Assembly (NCBI RefSeq): GCF_048593235.1
Contig: NC_133617.1
Span: forward strand, 673,486,958-673,550,957
Length of the DNA stretch: 64,000 nucleotides
Source: Sminthopsis crassicaudata
Taxonomy: Eukaryota
Direction of reading: 5' to 3'
Shown: positions 30,180-49,930 of the stretch, one piece after another
How the letters are laid out: each line of letters starts with the position of its first letter
How positions within the stretch are numbered: the first letter of the stretch is position 1
Made by a program: the position numbers and the translations under genes
Notes under the pieces: model-generated
Database searches by the model: none
Told to the model about the DNA's origin: nothing
Seen by the model: only the letters and a program-made list of their open reading frames with translations

Positions 30180-30800
30180 GTTCAGGAGACGGATTGGGCG
30201 CAGAAATTTGGGGAGCCTGCGGAGAGGGAGGGGGGGAGTACGAGAGAGGCTCCCAGCTCTGGGGGAAGCCCAAGGTTACAGTGTCGCGGCCACACGGTTA
30301 CAGTGTCTCCACTGTCATGGTGACAGTTACACATCAAAGTGGGAGAGGAGCGGGGCTCACGCGGAAAGCTCCTCGGTCTCACTTCGCGTCCCCAGTCCCG
30401 CCTCCTGGCCGGCCCAGGGGCGGGGGCGGGGGGCGGAGTCTCTTCCCAATACAGGGACAGCCCGGGGCAGGCCCGCACTCCGGACTGCAGCGGCGGGACT
30501 GGCTGCCGGGGATCCCGACGCACCGGGGTAACGGTTGGGGGTGGGGGTGGGGAGGGAGCCCGGCCCGGCTGTGGGTCAGTAGAGGGGTTTCTCCCGGCCG
30601 CTGCCCGCGGGCCTCCACGTGCCGCGGAGACTGCGCGGTCCCGGCGGGCTGTCGCCGACCTGCTCGGGCCAGATGTGCTGCCCCGGGGGACCCAGCTGTT
30701 GTGGCCTCCGGCCTCCAGCCGCGGCTTTCAGCCGGAGCCCCGGGTGGGGGGGGGTGTGGAGGATTTATGGGGGGCCCTGAGGCGGCGGACGGTGAGGGTG
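30180..30800 (+). promoter_or_regulatory. ACY1 CpG-island promoter and non-coding first exon
   Basis: Tandem GC boxes at 30418-30434, a donor CCGGG|GTAACG at 30527/30528, and an exon-2 acceptor (NAGNAG) at 31509/31512. Confidence 0.75.
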
Positions 30801-31541
30801 GGAAGGAATCCCCTGGCGCTCCTGGGGAAACTGGGGTCTGAGGGAGCCAGACGGAGGCGGGGGAGGCTGAGGGGAAAGGGATCCGCAGGCTTCCAGGGCA
30901 GCGGTCCACAAGTGTTTGTTAAGCATCGCGTATGTGCCGGGAACAAAGACAGGTCTTCCCCGTGGGAGGTAAGGGGTGGGGGTGGAGATAAAGGAGCGGG
31001 CTTGGGATCCCGCAGGAATGGAGAAAGGCCCCACGGATTCTGGAGGGAGGAGAACAGATCCTGGGACCCGGGCAAGTGCTCCGAGTAAGCTGAGGGAGCC
31101 CGGTGACTGGGTGGCTAGAAGGGGCTTGCACTGATCTAGAGTTCAAATGCAGCCTCCAGACTTACTAGCTCTGTGATCTTGGACAAGTCACTTAATCCTG
31201 TCTGTCAGTTTCCTCAGCTATAAAACGGGCTGGAGAAGAAATGGTGAACCACGGTAGTGTCTGTCTTTGCCACGTGGAGTGGTCTTTTAGGGAGGGGGCT
31301 GAGGTGGGTTTGATACAGGATGGAGACATCTGGGATGGTTTCTCCACTCCTGGGCATCCTTGGACCTCCTCATTCCTTAATAGGAAGGGACCAAGATCTT
31401 GGGTTCCTTTGTGGATAAATGAGAAGTCCTGGGGTAAATGGTACTTGGACCCTGAAAGCTAGCTGGAGAGGTTTCCAAAGGGCTGCTAACATTCCGTATT
31501 CCCTTCCAGCAGGGGCAGGGAGCAGAGCATCCAGGACTACT

Positions 31542-38369
<6,828 letters not shown>

Positions 38370-38487
38370 CAGCAGCAACTACCCGCAGCCTCCAGCCCCT
38401 CCTAGTGCCTTCCCCTTCCCTCTGCTTGGGCCTGGGGGCTTCCCCTTAACTCCCCCTTAGGAACCAATGCCAAAGACTCAGACCTCC

Positions 38488-38493
38488 AATAAA
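38488..38493 (+). terminator. ACY1 polyadenylation signal
   Basis: AATAAA about 120 nt after the stop, followed by a GT/T-rich element. Confidence 0.8.
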
Positions 38494-41400
38494 GCCTCGT
38501 TTTGGTGCTGAGCTGTCCTGTCTCCCCTCTCCACCAGCACACTTCACTCCTCCTCGCACCGAGCAGCCGCCCTGCTAGGTTCTGCGGGGGGAGAAAAGGG
38601 GTGGCAAGAAGAGGGGCACAAGGCTGGGCCCGGAGGGCCTGATGTCCGGTCCCGCTCCTGCCACCGATGGAAGAGTGATGCCATTTGCTTGTCCGGCTGC
38701 CTTTACAGATGAGGAGACTGAGACAGAGAGGGCTCATTAAGGGACTTGCCCAAAGTCGTGCCCTACTGCTCGTCTGAGAGCAGCTCTGCACTTGGCACTA
38801 CCCACTGGCCCTGCCCCGGCATGTGAGGTGCATGGTTTACTCCAGCTTAGGGCAAGCTGTGGGAGGGGGTAGAGAAGTGCTAACAAGTCAGGCAGAATGG
38901 GGCTGAGGTACAAGGAGATCAAACAGCGCGTTCCGTTGGTCTGTTGGGAAACCCCTCAGGGAAGACAGGCTCCGCACTAATACCTGCTCTCCATCCAACC
39001 ATTCTGGGAAAATATTTGGGACTTGTAGCAAACAGTTTAGTTGCTCCAGAGATATCACTACCGGGCATTAACACCAAGGAGGTCAGTGGCTGAAGAAAAA
39101 CTCAGAAAAACAAAAGTACTTGCAGTGGCTATTTCTTTGTAGTAGCAAAGGGCTAAAATGACAGTGGATGCCCACTGATGAGAGAATAATCGAACATATT
39201 CTTGTTCACTGTAATTAACATTTGTCATAAGAAATAACAACTGTCAAAGATTCAAAGACTATTCGCAAATAAAAGTCATATAAAAACGACAGATATCAAG
39301 AAGTTTCTTTTAAAAAGATTCAGAGAGATTTGTTTGAAGTGATACGGAGTAAACCTGGAACCGGGAGAGCTATTTAATAAGTAGAAATAGCTAACACTTA
39401 TACAGTGCATCAGGCACCGAGCTAAGGAGCTAAGCATTTTACAGTGACTGATCCTTACAACAAACAACCCAGCAAAGTAGGTGCCATTCCTTTTATAGGT
39501 GGTGACTGAGGCACACGGGTGAGGTGATTTGCTCAGGGCCACAACTAGTGAGTTATGATCACATTGGAACTAGGGTCCTTCTGACTGCAGTCCTAGGCTA
39601 GCCACTGCACCACCTAGTTGTCCTAATTACTTATGAATACATACAATGACCATGGAAATGTGAAGAGAAACACTGAGACTTTAGGGCTTGGTGAAGCATA
39701 TTTTCCACTTCTAGGCAAAGAGGTGTTAGACTTCAGGTATGAAATGAGACATTTACAAACCCAGCCAGTCGACTGGAGTTTTTTTGTTTGGCTGTTTTGG
39801 GTTTTTTAAAAAGGGGATTCTGTGGGACGGATGGTCCTTTCACAGTGAGTCAAGTTGGAAAAACGCATCAGTGAAATTATTTCCATAAAGTGCCTTGAAG
39901 ATGTAGGCCAAAAAGGACTACACGGTGTCTAAGTGGAAGCCCCTTAGAAAACAGAGGGATCAGAAAATTACATAAAGTGGCATTTGAAGTGTTTTAAATG
40001 ATAGAAGTCCCAAGTCAGGTATGGAGGGCTGGGTCTGAGGGGAAAGATTCTCTTCTAGTGCAGAACTGGAATACAAAGGAATGAACTTAGACATGCATAG
40101 AGGAGCTCACTGGTGCTCCTGGAGAGGTGGGATGCCTTGAAGAGAAGAGTTGGGCTTTGCATAGGGAGCAGAAAAGCACTCCAGATGAGCCTGGGGAAAA
40201 AATGCTTTGGCACAGGGATGCTCACAATATGTTGGAATCTCAGTGTATGTTCCCTGTGGGCAGGGGAAGGCATTGGGACCTTTTGAGCATTTTCCACCTT
40301 TTGGCAGAGATCCTGCTCTTTGGGATGCTTGATTAGAGTCTGTCCTAACTCCAGCTTTCTGATGCTGCTACAGGGAGATTGGAGTTGGGAGACTGAATGC
40401 TGCCTCTGACTTTGGGCAAGAACATGTCAAGTACCTCTGGTTAGGAGCCCCTGCTCTTACTTGCAAAATATGAATCACGAACTTTTAAGCACTTACCTTC
40501 CGAGATGATGGTGGTGATACGTTGTACACTGTGGAAATGTAAATTAAGAAAGGAAATAAAACATCTTGTTACAGTCATGCTACAGATAATACCCATTGGG
40601 ATTTACGCATTAAGGGAGAGATGTCCATGTGGTCTCTTTTTTCCACCTCCTGTTTGTTCCACTGGCACTTTTGTACCCCGTGCCTGCATGCAGCCCCTGC
40701 ACACTTCCCCCCTCTACAAATCCTATTTTTCTCAAGACTCATCTCAGGGACCCCATCCGTGCCCAATGGCATGCAGCTACATCTGTTAATCTCCCCAACT
40801 TACTTGTATGTGTTTGCTGTGTACTCAGAATACAAGCTTCTGGAGGAGTGGTCATATTTAGGCCTGGCTCAGTACCTAGTACATAATAAATGCTTGTGAA
40901 TTGTCCTCAAAGAGTAAGGAGGGTAATATTACCTGGAACCTGTGATTCCCTATCACCCCTCCAAACTAATATAAAACAAATCTTTCCACAAGATCTTGAA
41001 ATGCTAGAGACCTTGGAGTCTGAATGTTTCAATGAATTCCAGGGAACCTTAAACCCCTGGAAGGCAGATGCTGCAGTTGGTTGCATTGGCCCAAAGGGTC
41101 AAACCACCAAAAGCTGGGTCCAGTAAATGCAGGAAAAGCCCCACCAAATTTTCATTTTAAGGAGACATCAGTGTGTGTGACCTGGGAGTCTCCAAGGCAA
41201 GGCTGTGAGGCACTGAGTTCAGAGCCCAGGGAGAGGGGTGAAGCCTAGAGACAAATCCAAGGAGCATCCTCAAAGGGGAGAAGAAGCAGATCCTGCTTCT
41301 TTAGGAACCCCTGACACAGGAGTGAAAAATTATGTATGAATCGACATGCATCAGGGGAACAGCTCAAAGTGGCCTAGTCCAAACTCTGTCCTCATCCAGA

Positions 41401-42752
41401 GGGAAGTCTGAGAGCTCAGTCAGAGTGCCGAAGAACCTAAGTAGGGTTGAAGCAGCTCAGAGACAAAACAAAATCCAGCTTGGATTAATGGTTTCCAACA
41501 TAGGGGAGCTTAGATTCCCAGGAGGCAGCCGTATTCAAGGACACCATCATCCACAGCCCATACCCCCAATCCCAGCATGCAAATTGCTAAGGGTCTCTCA
41601 GAGAAAATGACCAGCTTTCTGGGGTTGTTGAAAATTTTCTTTCCCCAGATCTCTTTGATTTTTAGTCCAGCAGTAGTATAGATGTTACCATTCCTGATTC
41701 AAAGCTTCCCAAACTGATGGGGTCCAAGGTTTGGGGCTAGAGAAAAGTCACCAAATTCTATTATGTAACTCAAAAATAGTGATTTCTGAGTCTACCTACT
41801 TATCTAGAACTAGAACTGCAGGACTAACATCTTGGACAAGTAGTCTTTTTAAAAATTCCATGACCAAAGAGCGAAGGCAGGTATCATGCTTTTAAATGCG
41901 AGAAACAAGGTTTTGGTGACTTATGAGTTAATGATAATGTTCAAGAACAGAACATGTTCTTTAGAGCTCCCCAGGGACCTGCAGAATACCGGATATTGGA
42001 TGCAGGGTGGTACACAGCTACACTCTTTGCTTGCTGCCTACCCTTTCCTGGAAGCAGAATGTGGAATTGTATGGTCCCAACAACCCCTTTGAGGGATGAG
42101 GTGAAGGGAACTATGGCCTTCAAAGTATTCTAGCTGAAATTCTGATGGCTTTGGATCATATGTGGGATGACCTTGATGGGTCAGTCTATAACGCCAATGA
42201 AGATGAGGACATGGAGGCCCAGAATGGGGTGTGTGTATGGACAACAGGTACAGATGTGGTCACTTAAGGTAATAGAGAGCACAAAGTCCCTGGGCTCCAA
42301 ACTCCATGCCCTTCCCACTAAGTTTTCTGTTGGCAGCCTGAATCTGCATTCTCCTCAGAATGGCTTCTTAGATTTTTACCAAGAACTATAATTTAGGAAC
42401 TTTGAAGGTTTTCACCCAGTCCAATCCCCTCACATTTTACAGAAATTCAGGCTAAAGAGATTGAGATCTGCTTCAAGCAAACAGTAAAGTAGCAGAGCCA
42501 AAGAGACACCTTTTGCCAAAGACCTTTAAATGCAGGGGCCCCAATCTCATTTGAAACTGTTTCACAATTACTATGAGCCTATGTTTCCTCACTACAAATT
42601 GCTGATAATGTATTACCTCCTTTAAAAGACTGAGTGCTCTGAGAACCCCAGAATGCTGAGTGAAGGGTCCTCAGCTGGGCTTGCAGCACCCCCCATTCCA
42701 CTCCTAGATTCGACAACAGAAAGACTACTAATTCTTATGACTCACCATTTCT

Positions 42753-42758
42753 TTTATT
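42753..42758 (-). terminator. RPL29 polyadenylation signal
   Basis: TTTATT on plus = AATAAA on minus, about 90 nt after the stop. Confidence 0.75.
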
Positions 42759-42845
42759 TGTACAAAATAGTGAATAATCATACCCTGGCTAGGAAAAAAA
42801 CGGTGGCTTAAGTTTTAAACAAGTCCTCCTGTCCTGAAGCATCTA

Positions 42846-45800
42846 TTATTTTGAAGGCTTGGGACCAGAAGCTTTAGCCCCAGCATCTTTGGGTTTGGAC
42901 TCGGCAGGCTTAGCAGCCTTGGAATCACTGGGCTTTGTGGCCTTAGAACCAGACTTGGCTGCCTTGGGATCGGGTTTGGCGACCTTGGTGTCAGACTTGG
43001 TGACTTTGGGGCCAGGTTTGGTAGCCTTGGGATCAGACTTGGTGACCTTGGCGCCAGACTTGGTGACCTTAGGATCAGTGGGCTTGGCGGTCTTGGGGTC
43101 AGTGGGCTTAGCGGGCTTTGCAGCCTTGGGATCGGTGGGCTTGGCGATCTTGGGGTCAGTGGTTCTGGCAACCTTAGAGTCGGGCTTTGTGATCTTGGAG
43201 CCTGGGCGTTTGATGCCAACTCTAGGGGCTGGACGCTTGGTGGCCATCTTGTGGCCAGCACGGCGGGCGGTGGCCTTGGAAATCTTGGGCCTGAGGAGCT
43301 TGGCCTTGGAAGCCTTGGTACTCAGAGCCTTGATGGCCTCTGCTCGGGCCTTGATGGCTTTGGCGTTGTTGGCCTGCATCTTCTTCAGCCCCTTATTGTT
43401 GTGTTTCTTGGCAAAGCGCATGTTTCTCAGAAACTTGGGGTCAACCTGCAAGACAAAGAATGCACAGCAATGTCTTTACAACTTTGCCCTGAGCAGAGGG
43501 ACCACCTCATCCTGGGCCCTGGCCCTCTCCTCTCCACATCTGACTGCCCCACCAGCCGCCATCAATTCAACAACCACTTCCACACATTTGACCTAGGTCT
43601 AGTCACTCTCTGGAGCTCCAGCACCACACCTTCCCTGGCTTTCTGGACATCTCCAAGAGCACCACACTTCCCAAAGCAGCACTCAGCCTCTACAACTGTC
43701 CTGTTGCTGTCAAGGTACCACAGGTGTCCAGTTTTCAGGCCGGTAATCTAGAAGGAGAGTAGCTTCCATGTGGGATTAAATCCCCGCATATCCAGGTGTG
43801 ACCAGAACAGACTGATGGTTATCTGTTGCATGTAGGCACTTTTCCTCATAGTCCCCAGCCCAGTTCAGACTTCTATCCTTGCTGCTCTTTTTAATCAAAA
43901 GGCAACAAACTTCTAGCAGGTCTGCTGCTTGTAGTAGCTGTCAGTGATGTGACCCCAGGATTTATCAAGTCTTATATTTGGCATTTAAATCCCTGAATCT
44001 GTCTTAATCTTCTTTTGGCAAGTAAAACATTCATCTGTCCCCTTTCTACCTCTCTGCTATTCTTATGCTTATTGTTTCTTCCATGTCTCTCTATACTCCC
44101 AGCCAGAATGTTCTTCCTCTCCTCTGCCTCTTAACTTTCCCTTCCTATTTTTTAGGGTTCAGTTCAAATCTCCCCAGCTCACTTTCAATTTATCCTGTAT
44201 ACAGATTGTTTGCAGGCTGTTTCTCTCGAGTGAGCTTCTTGAAGATAGCGACTACCTTTCACCCCAATGCTAAGCATGGTGCCTGGCATACAGCAGATAT
44301 TATAAGAGATGTATTGCCTAGTAGCTTCCCTTCCAGGAGACTACCCTCTCCCTATTCTGTACACACATATTTAAAATATTTCCATCTATTCCTATCCCTA
44401 GCCAGAGAACTTGAGATCTCTGGGAGGCAGTAGTATCCCCAGTGCTTTGCACAGAATAAGCGTTTATTTATGGAGTCTTGAGAACCTAAAATCCAGTCCA
44501 GGTCTGCAACTACTATGCACTTTCCTACCTACAAAATGAAGGAGTTAAACGATACCAAAAACAATTTCATCAAACTGATAAAAAAAAAAAAATGTTACTG
44601 GAGGAAATAGAATGGCTGATTAAAGGAATAGTACACAATATACAGAAACAAATGAGTGCAATAATGTAGTATTTGGTAACTGCAAAGATGCCAGCTATCG
44701 GGCAAGAATTTACTATTTGATAAAAACTGCTGGGAAACTAGAAAGTAGTCTGGCCAAAACTAGGCGCTGACCAACATACCACATGCCAAAATAAGCTCAA
44801 AATGATCACATATCAAAGAGAATTGATAGCTACCATAAGCAAGTCATAGAAGCACAGGGGAAAATACTTATCAGATCTACGGAAAGGGGAAGAGTAAATG
44901 ACTAGAGATAGGTTCCCAGGGGGTAAAATGGATAATTTTGACTATAAAATTAACATTTTTATATAAACCAGAACCAATTAAATCAAAATGGTCTTATTTT
45001 TAACATATATAGGTAAATCAGTTACATTTATAAAATAAGATCCATTTCCCAATTGATAAATGGCCAAAGCATGTGAACAGGCAGTTTTATAAGCCAACAA
45101 AAATGTTTTAAAGCACAATAGAGAAATCCGATGGCTGAGACAGAAAAGTGAGAAATGCTAGAAGGGAGGTGCCTGCTGATCCAATTATTTTAGACAACAA
45201 CGCTATAAAATGTTTTGACCCAGCAATCTTATTAGGTTTATAACCCACAGAGATCAAAGAAAAACACTATCATGCTATAAGAAAAAATGAAGGGGATGGT
45301 CTCAAAAACTTGTAACAACTGATGCAAAATGAAGGATGAAGGAAGCACAAACGGGAGAAGATACTACATAATAACACTAACACTGTAATCCGGGGCCTAG
45401 GAGTCATTCTGACCAATCCAACTCCAAAGGATTCAAAATGAAAAAATGCTACCTACTTGCAGGCAGAAAATCTGGTGGCCTCAAGAGTGCAGATCGAAGC
45501 CTATTTTTTCCTTCTAAAACATGCTGGCAGAGAAATGCTTTACATAACTTTCCTGAACACAAGGGACAGTAAGCTAAATGACTGCTATCCAAAGGTGGCG
45601 ACAAAGTTTGGCCTTTACGTAACTGTGAGGGGTAAATAATTTGTTAAAGTTCTCAGTCACCAAGAAATTTAAAAATTACCTTGGGAGAAATCGTTAAGAT
45701 TCAACTAGTTAGCTAGTCTGTGTTTTTTGCCTCCTACTGGACTATGTGGGATTCCTGAGGGCCGGGGCCAGATCTTGGAGCACATCTCCACTACCAGCTC

Positions 45801-46478
45801 GCACAGAACGCAACCGCCCGATGACTGATGAGTGGTTAAAAGATTAACAGCCGCTGTTCAAGGACTGAATGTAGCTCATGTGACCCCTAGTTAACAAGCC
45901 CCAATGGTACCAGACCTGGCTAGTTACACATTGAACCATATTCTGAGAACTAGAAGTGCCGCCTTCTATTTAGTTCAAACTTTTGTGCAGCCCTACCCCG
46001 TGCGGGGGCCTCTGCCAAATTCTTGGATAAAAACCACCGTGCCTTTCGGTGTCATAGCCTGGTGCGTGAGCAGCCCCTCCCCATAGTTGGCCCGCGTGGG
46101 GGTGGCCGCATGGAGCACCAGCGAACCGTATTGGCAGAATATGTAACACTCACCCCTTTCAGAGACTCATATCTCTGGGATCTAGGTTTCTTGATGCCAT
46201 TTCTGTGCCATTTTCTTGCTACAGACAAAAAAGGAAAAAAAATCCAAATCAGTCCGTTTGATTTTACACAACAAACAACTGGCACGATGTGCAACATTTA
46301 GGCGTTATTTTCCTCACTGCTGTAAGTGGCACAGTCACTCTCCCTCGCTGAAAGATAGGAAAAGGCTGGCAGCTTGTCCGGATCTTAGAAGCCGGCACGC
46401 GGTTAACCAGGGCTCTCCCCTCCCCCCGGGGGAGAACTTACATTGATTGTGGGTGGTGTGGTTCTTGGACTTGGCCAT
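42846..46478 (-). CDS. RPL29: 60S ribosomal protein eL29 with a long repetitive Lys-rich C-terminal extension, 233 aa
   Basis: Exons 46442-46478 ([13 protein letters not shown]), 46154-46218 ([21 protein letters not shown]) and 42846-43445 ([41 protein letters not shown]...PKPSK*). Introns are GT-AG. An intron-containing gene with a TOP promoter at the syntenic position, so not a retrocopy. Confidence 0.96.
42906..43202 (-). repeat. Coding minisatellite in RPL29: 13 units of 21 bp (some with a 3-bp spacer) encoding [D/G]-[P/S/A/T]-K-x-[T/A]-K-[P/S]
   Basis: [14 protein letters not shown] (T)DPKIAKP (T)[10 protein letters not shown] (T)DPKTAKP (T)[49 protein letters not shown] (S)DSKAAKP. Confidence 0.9.
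44560..45420 (+). mobile_element. Degenerate L1 ORF2/3' fragments in RPL29 intron 3 (antisense to the gene)
   Basis: L1-like words (TTTGATAAAAACTGCTGGGAAAC..., CCAAAATAAGCTCAAAATG); many stops and frameshifts. Confidence 0.65.
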
Positions 46479-47125
46479 CTCTGCACCTGGAGGGGAGAAA
46501 CCCGAGGATCAGGATCGCAGAGCTAAACATCCCTCGTGGCTCTGTGGCCCTGGTCTTAAGGATGCCGCTTTCCGGGTCCGAAGCTGGATCTGAACCCGAG
46601 CCCGGGCCCAGCGAGTGCTCATTAACCCTGGCCGGTGGCCAATGCGCCGCTTCGGCCAGGCCTCCCATGTAATGAGATGGAAGGGGAGTCCTCCCATTAG
46701 GGCTCGTTCCGGGCTCGCCGCGGCCGTTCCTCGTGGGACAAGCTAACCGAGGCCTCAGGTCTCGGAGAAGCCTGCAACGGCTCCCACGGAGAGGACTCGG
46801 CGCCGGGAGACGCAGGGCTGGCCCCCTCTCCCGCCTGCTGCGGAGACTCCCGTGGCGGCCCCGAGATTACCCCAAACTTCGCGCGGGGCCCACCCGATCT
46901 GCGCCTCTCCTTTCCCCCGCCGCGAACTCCCTCACCCCGGCCCAGGCCTCTCAGCCGCCCCCGACTCTCCCGGGCTCAGCTCTGGCCTGCCCCCTGCCCG
47001 CCGGTCCCACCCGGCCCGACCCCCCGGCTCAGAATTCCTCTATTATCCTCCGAACTATTCGTTCGGCCCCCCATGTCCCATCCGGGCCACGGATGGCGCC
47101 GGATGCGACCCCCATAGCCTCTCAC

Positions 47126-47420
47126 CGCAGCCTGCGCCAACAGGCACTCCACCGACCGGAAGAGGCCCAAAGCGAGAGAGAGAAAGAAGGAAGGAGCGCG
47201 GGGCAGTGTGGGAAATAAGGGCCGCGTGGGCGGAAAATCCTACAAGAAAACCTTCCCCCCGGAGTCCTAAGCCTCAAGAAGAAACGTTCCGGGAAGAAAA
47301 GGTCCGGACCCTGCTCTTCCGCTGGGGACCGAGTTGAACCGTGCCCTCGGAAGTGCCCGGAAGCCAACCCCGCCCGTGGCCCCCGCTGTTTCCTGTTTTC
47401 CTAGTAAAATGGGTCCGTTG
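47126..47420 (-). promoter_or_regulatory. RPL29 non-coding exon 1, TCT/5'TOP start and ETS/GABP sites
   Basis: Donor CTGCG|GTGAGA at 47126/47125. TCT-initiator match CCTCTTCC (47165-47158) and a longer pyrimidine tract at 47173-47194. Tandem CGGAAGTG/CCGGAAG at 47348-47363, inside a CpG island (about 46500-47600). Confidence 0.8.
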
Positions 47421-48277
47421 TAAAGGGCGCACACGACCCTCCTCTGGGCCCGAACCTCCGGCGGTGATCGACACTCCCCAGTTGGGTGACCCTGCGCGAC
47501 GCCTAAATCTCCCCAGCCCGTTTCCCCAACTGTAAAATGGGCGTAGGAAGGAATCGGCCCGGCCGGCCACTTTTCAGTTTAAACGCTCCAGCCCAGCTGG
47601 ATCTGTTTCCCCCGCGGTTAAACCTGTTAAATGTCGGATTGGATTAATTACCCCAGAGGCCCCTCCCGGCTTTGTTAGGCCCTGTTTGGAAGGCAGGTCT
47701 AGAACCCGGATGCTCAAGCTCCTCGCCAGTGTCTGCCTCAGTTTACTCATCTGTAAAATGGGTACATAATAACAATAATAATTATTATGATATACCTTGC
47801 GTTCCCAGTTGTGACGTTCTAGGGTGTGTCTGACTGGCTGTAACTGACATGGGCTTTTTAAACTTAGCCACTCTAGACCCTTTTTTCACGGAGAAATTTC
47901 TATGCTGCTTTGTGTAGAGGGATGCAAAATGGGGCACACAAACCAAATGGTTCCTGATAACAAATCACCATTTTGGGAAGCCCGCATTCCGCTGGAGACC
48001 CCACGTGGGGTCACGTGTTTAACAACTAAAGGGCTGGCGTGTGGGTCCAGAGGCTCCTCCCGCCTTGGGCCGCCCGCCTTTAGAAACCTGTGCAGACCAC
48101 ATGACTTCTAGACCGCCAAAGCAGGGCCCTCACGGGAGAAGGCTGGTATTCCCTCCTTCGCCGGTCTGTGATAAAATGTCTTTCCACCAGCAATTTTTCT
48201 CTGGTCCCTGCTTCTTGCACTGGCTCCATTCCCCACAGATATCCTGCATCCGTTCTGTCTCTGGTCTCCGTCCAAAC

Positions 48278-48421
48278 TTTTTTTTTTTTTCTGAGGCTGG
48301 GGTTAAGTGACTTGCCCAGGGTCACACAACTAGGAAGTGTTCAGTGTCTGAGACCAGATTTGACCTCCGGTCCTCCTGAATTCAGGCTGGAGCTCTATCC
48401 ACTGCGCCCCCTAGCTGCCCC
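48278..48421 (-). mobile_element. WSINE1-like SINE
   Basis: Same family as the copy at 34200; poly(T) tail, CORE and tRNA head. Confidence 0.88.
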
Positions 48422-48829
48422 CTCTCTCCATCCTTTTGAGAAAGAAGAACTCTTGTTTGCTTTGCTTCCTCCTGCCTGATGTTCAGTTCTCCTCCAGCAG
48501 ATGGAGTCAGTCACTCTTCTTCTCTGGGTACCAAAGCTTCAGCATCACCACCTTTGGGGTCTCTGGAGCATCAAATGCTTCCAGCCTATTTAAATTTTCA
48601 ACTGTTTTTAATTAGTGATTGTACAATTGGTAATTCAGAAGTTTCAGTTGGTCGAGAAAACATTTCTTCCTTTGTCAAATCAAGCAAATCTGTTTTTCAC
48701 TTTAAGAAAGTTTCAGTGCATTAAACCCGGATTGCTCCTGGTGAATCCATAGGTGTTTAGTGCATTGTCCCTCAAAACCTAGGCTGTATACCTCCCAGCC
48801 GTGCCGTCTGATCCCATGGAATCTCTAAG

Positions 48830-49930
48830 AATTTGGAAAGGCAGGCTCAGAACCAGGAAAACATTGTACAAAGCAACAGAAGGATGATGCGATGATCAAT
48901 TGTAATAGATTTGGTTCGGTGATCCAAGGCAATCCCAATTAAACTTTGGATGGAAAACGCCAACCTAGAACTATGAAGTCTGAATGTATACTGAATTCAT
49001 ACTATTTTCATTTTTTTTCCTGTTTTTTTTTCCCTCATGGTTTTTCCCCTTTTGCTCTGATTTGTTTCTCCCAAATTGACTCATTTGGGAAAAGGTGAAA
49101 AATAAATGTAAATGTATAACCTAAAAAAAGAATTTGGAGAGGCACGTTGGTTTCCAGCCTTTCTCCAGGCCAGCTGTACAACTTATTTGGAACTGCTTCT
49201 TTGGAAATCTCCAAAATGGAGGAGAGAGAAATAGAACTCAAAAATGTCACTGGCTACTGCTAGTGCAGGGACCTACGACTCAGAGAGAGAAAGAAAAGTC
49301 CTCAGTATCTATGTATAGATACAGGCATGTTATTAAAATATTTAGAGACTTCCTTTTTATGAAATAAAGTTCAAATTCCTCTCCTAGGCATTTAAGGCCT
49401 TTAGTCTAGCACCACAATTAGTTATATAAGTACCACAGTGTCTTTCCAACTTGATATATTCTAAATTTTAACTTTTAAAATTCATTTTTATATTCAGGTC
49501 CCTATCCTTTCCCACTGTCCCCCTTGAGAAAGTAAGAAAAACAAAATCCATTAAAAATATCTAGAGTCAAGCTAACAGTTTCTCACATTGGCCACGTACA
49601 TACACATGTCCCACGATGATCAACATGAAACTCTGGGCTGATGAAACCAAACACACATACACACACATATGGGTATTTACGTACCTTAATTTGCAGTTTT
49701 AGTCCATTATCTATCTCTATCAGAAACACATTTCACTATGAGTCCTTCGGAAGTGTGGTTCGTCATTGATTAGAGTCCTTTAATCTTTCAAAATGGTTTG
49801 TCTTTACAGTATTGTTATCATAAGAATCATTTTCCTGGTTCCATTCACTTCATTTTGCATCAGTTCATAAAAATCTTCCCTGGTTTTTTCATCATTTCCA
49901 ATAGAACAATATTATTCTATCACATTCATA
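48830..49930. mobile_element. L1 3'-end fragments (plus about 48830-49140, minus about 49460-49930)
   Basis: Similar to the other L1 3'UTR copies in the window. Confidence 0.55.

Noticed and set aside
29995-31088. Long ORFs at the ACY1 promoter
   Set aside because: Same CpG-island artefact.
42859-43596. 245-aa hydrophobic repetitive ORF antisense to RPL29 exon 4 (plus other overlapping frames)
   Set aside because: It is the shadow of the coding minisatellite, whose codons lack stop complements. It has no promoter or splice support and no recognisable domain.
46011-46138. 8-bp inverted repeat TCTGCCAA/TTGGCAGA in RPL29 intron 3
   Set aside because: Too short for its roughly 110-nt spacing to exceed chance; no H/ACA or C/D boxes were found around it.
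46245-46320. Possible C/D snoRNA in RPL29 intron 2 (GUGAGGA ... CUGA on the minus strand)
   Set aside because: The C box is imperfect, there is no terminal stem, and the CUGA lies about 30 nt from the acceptor, where it is better explained as the branch point.
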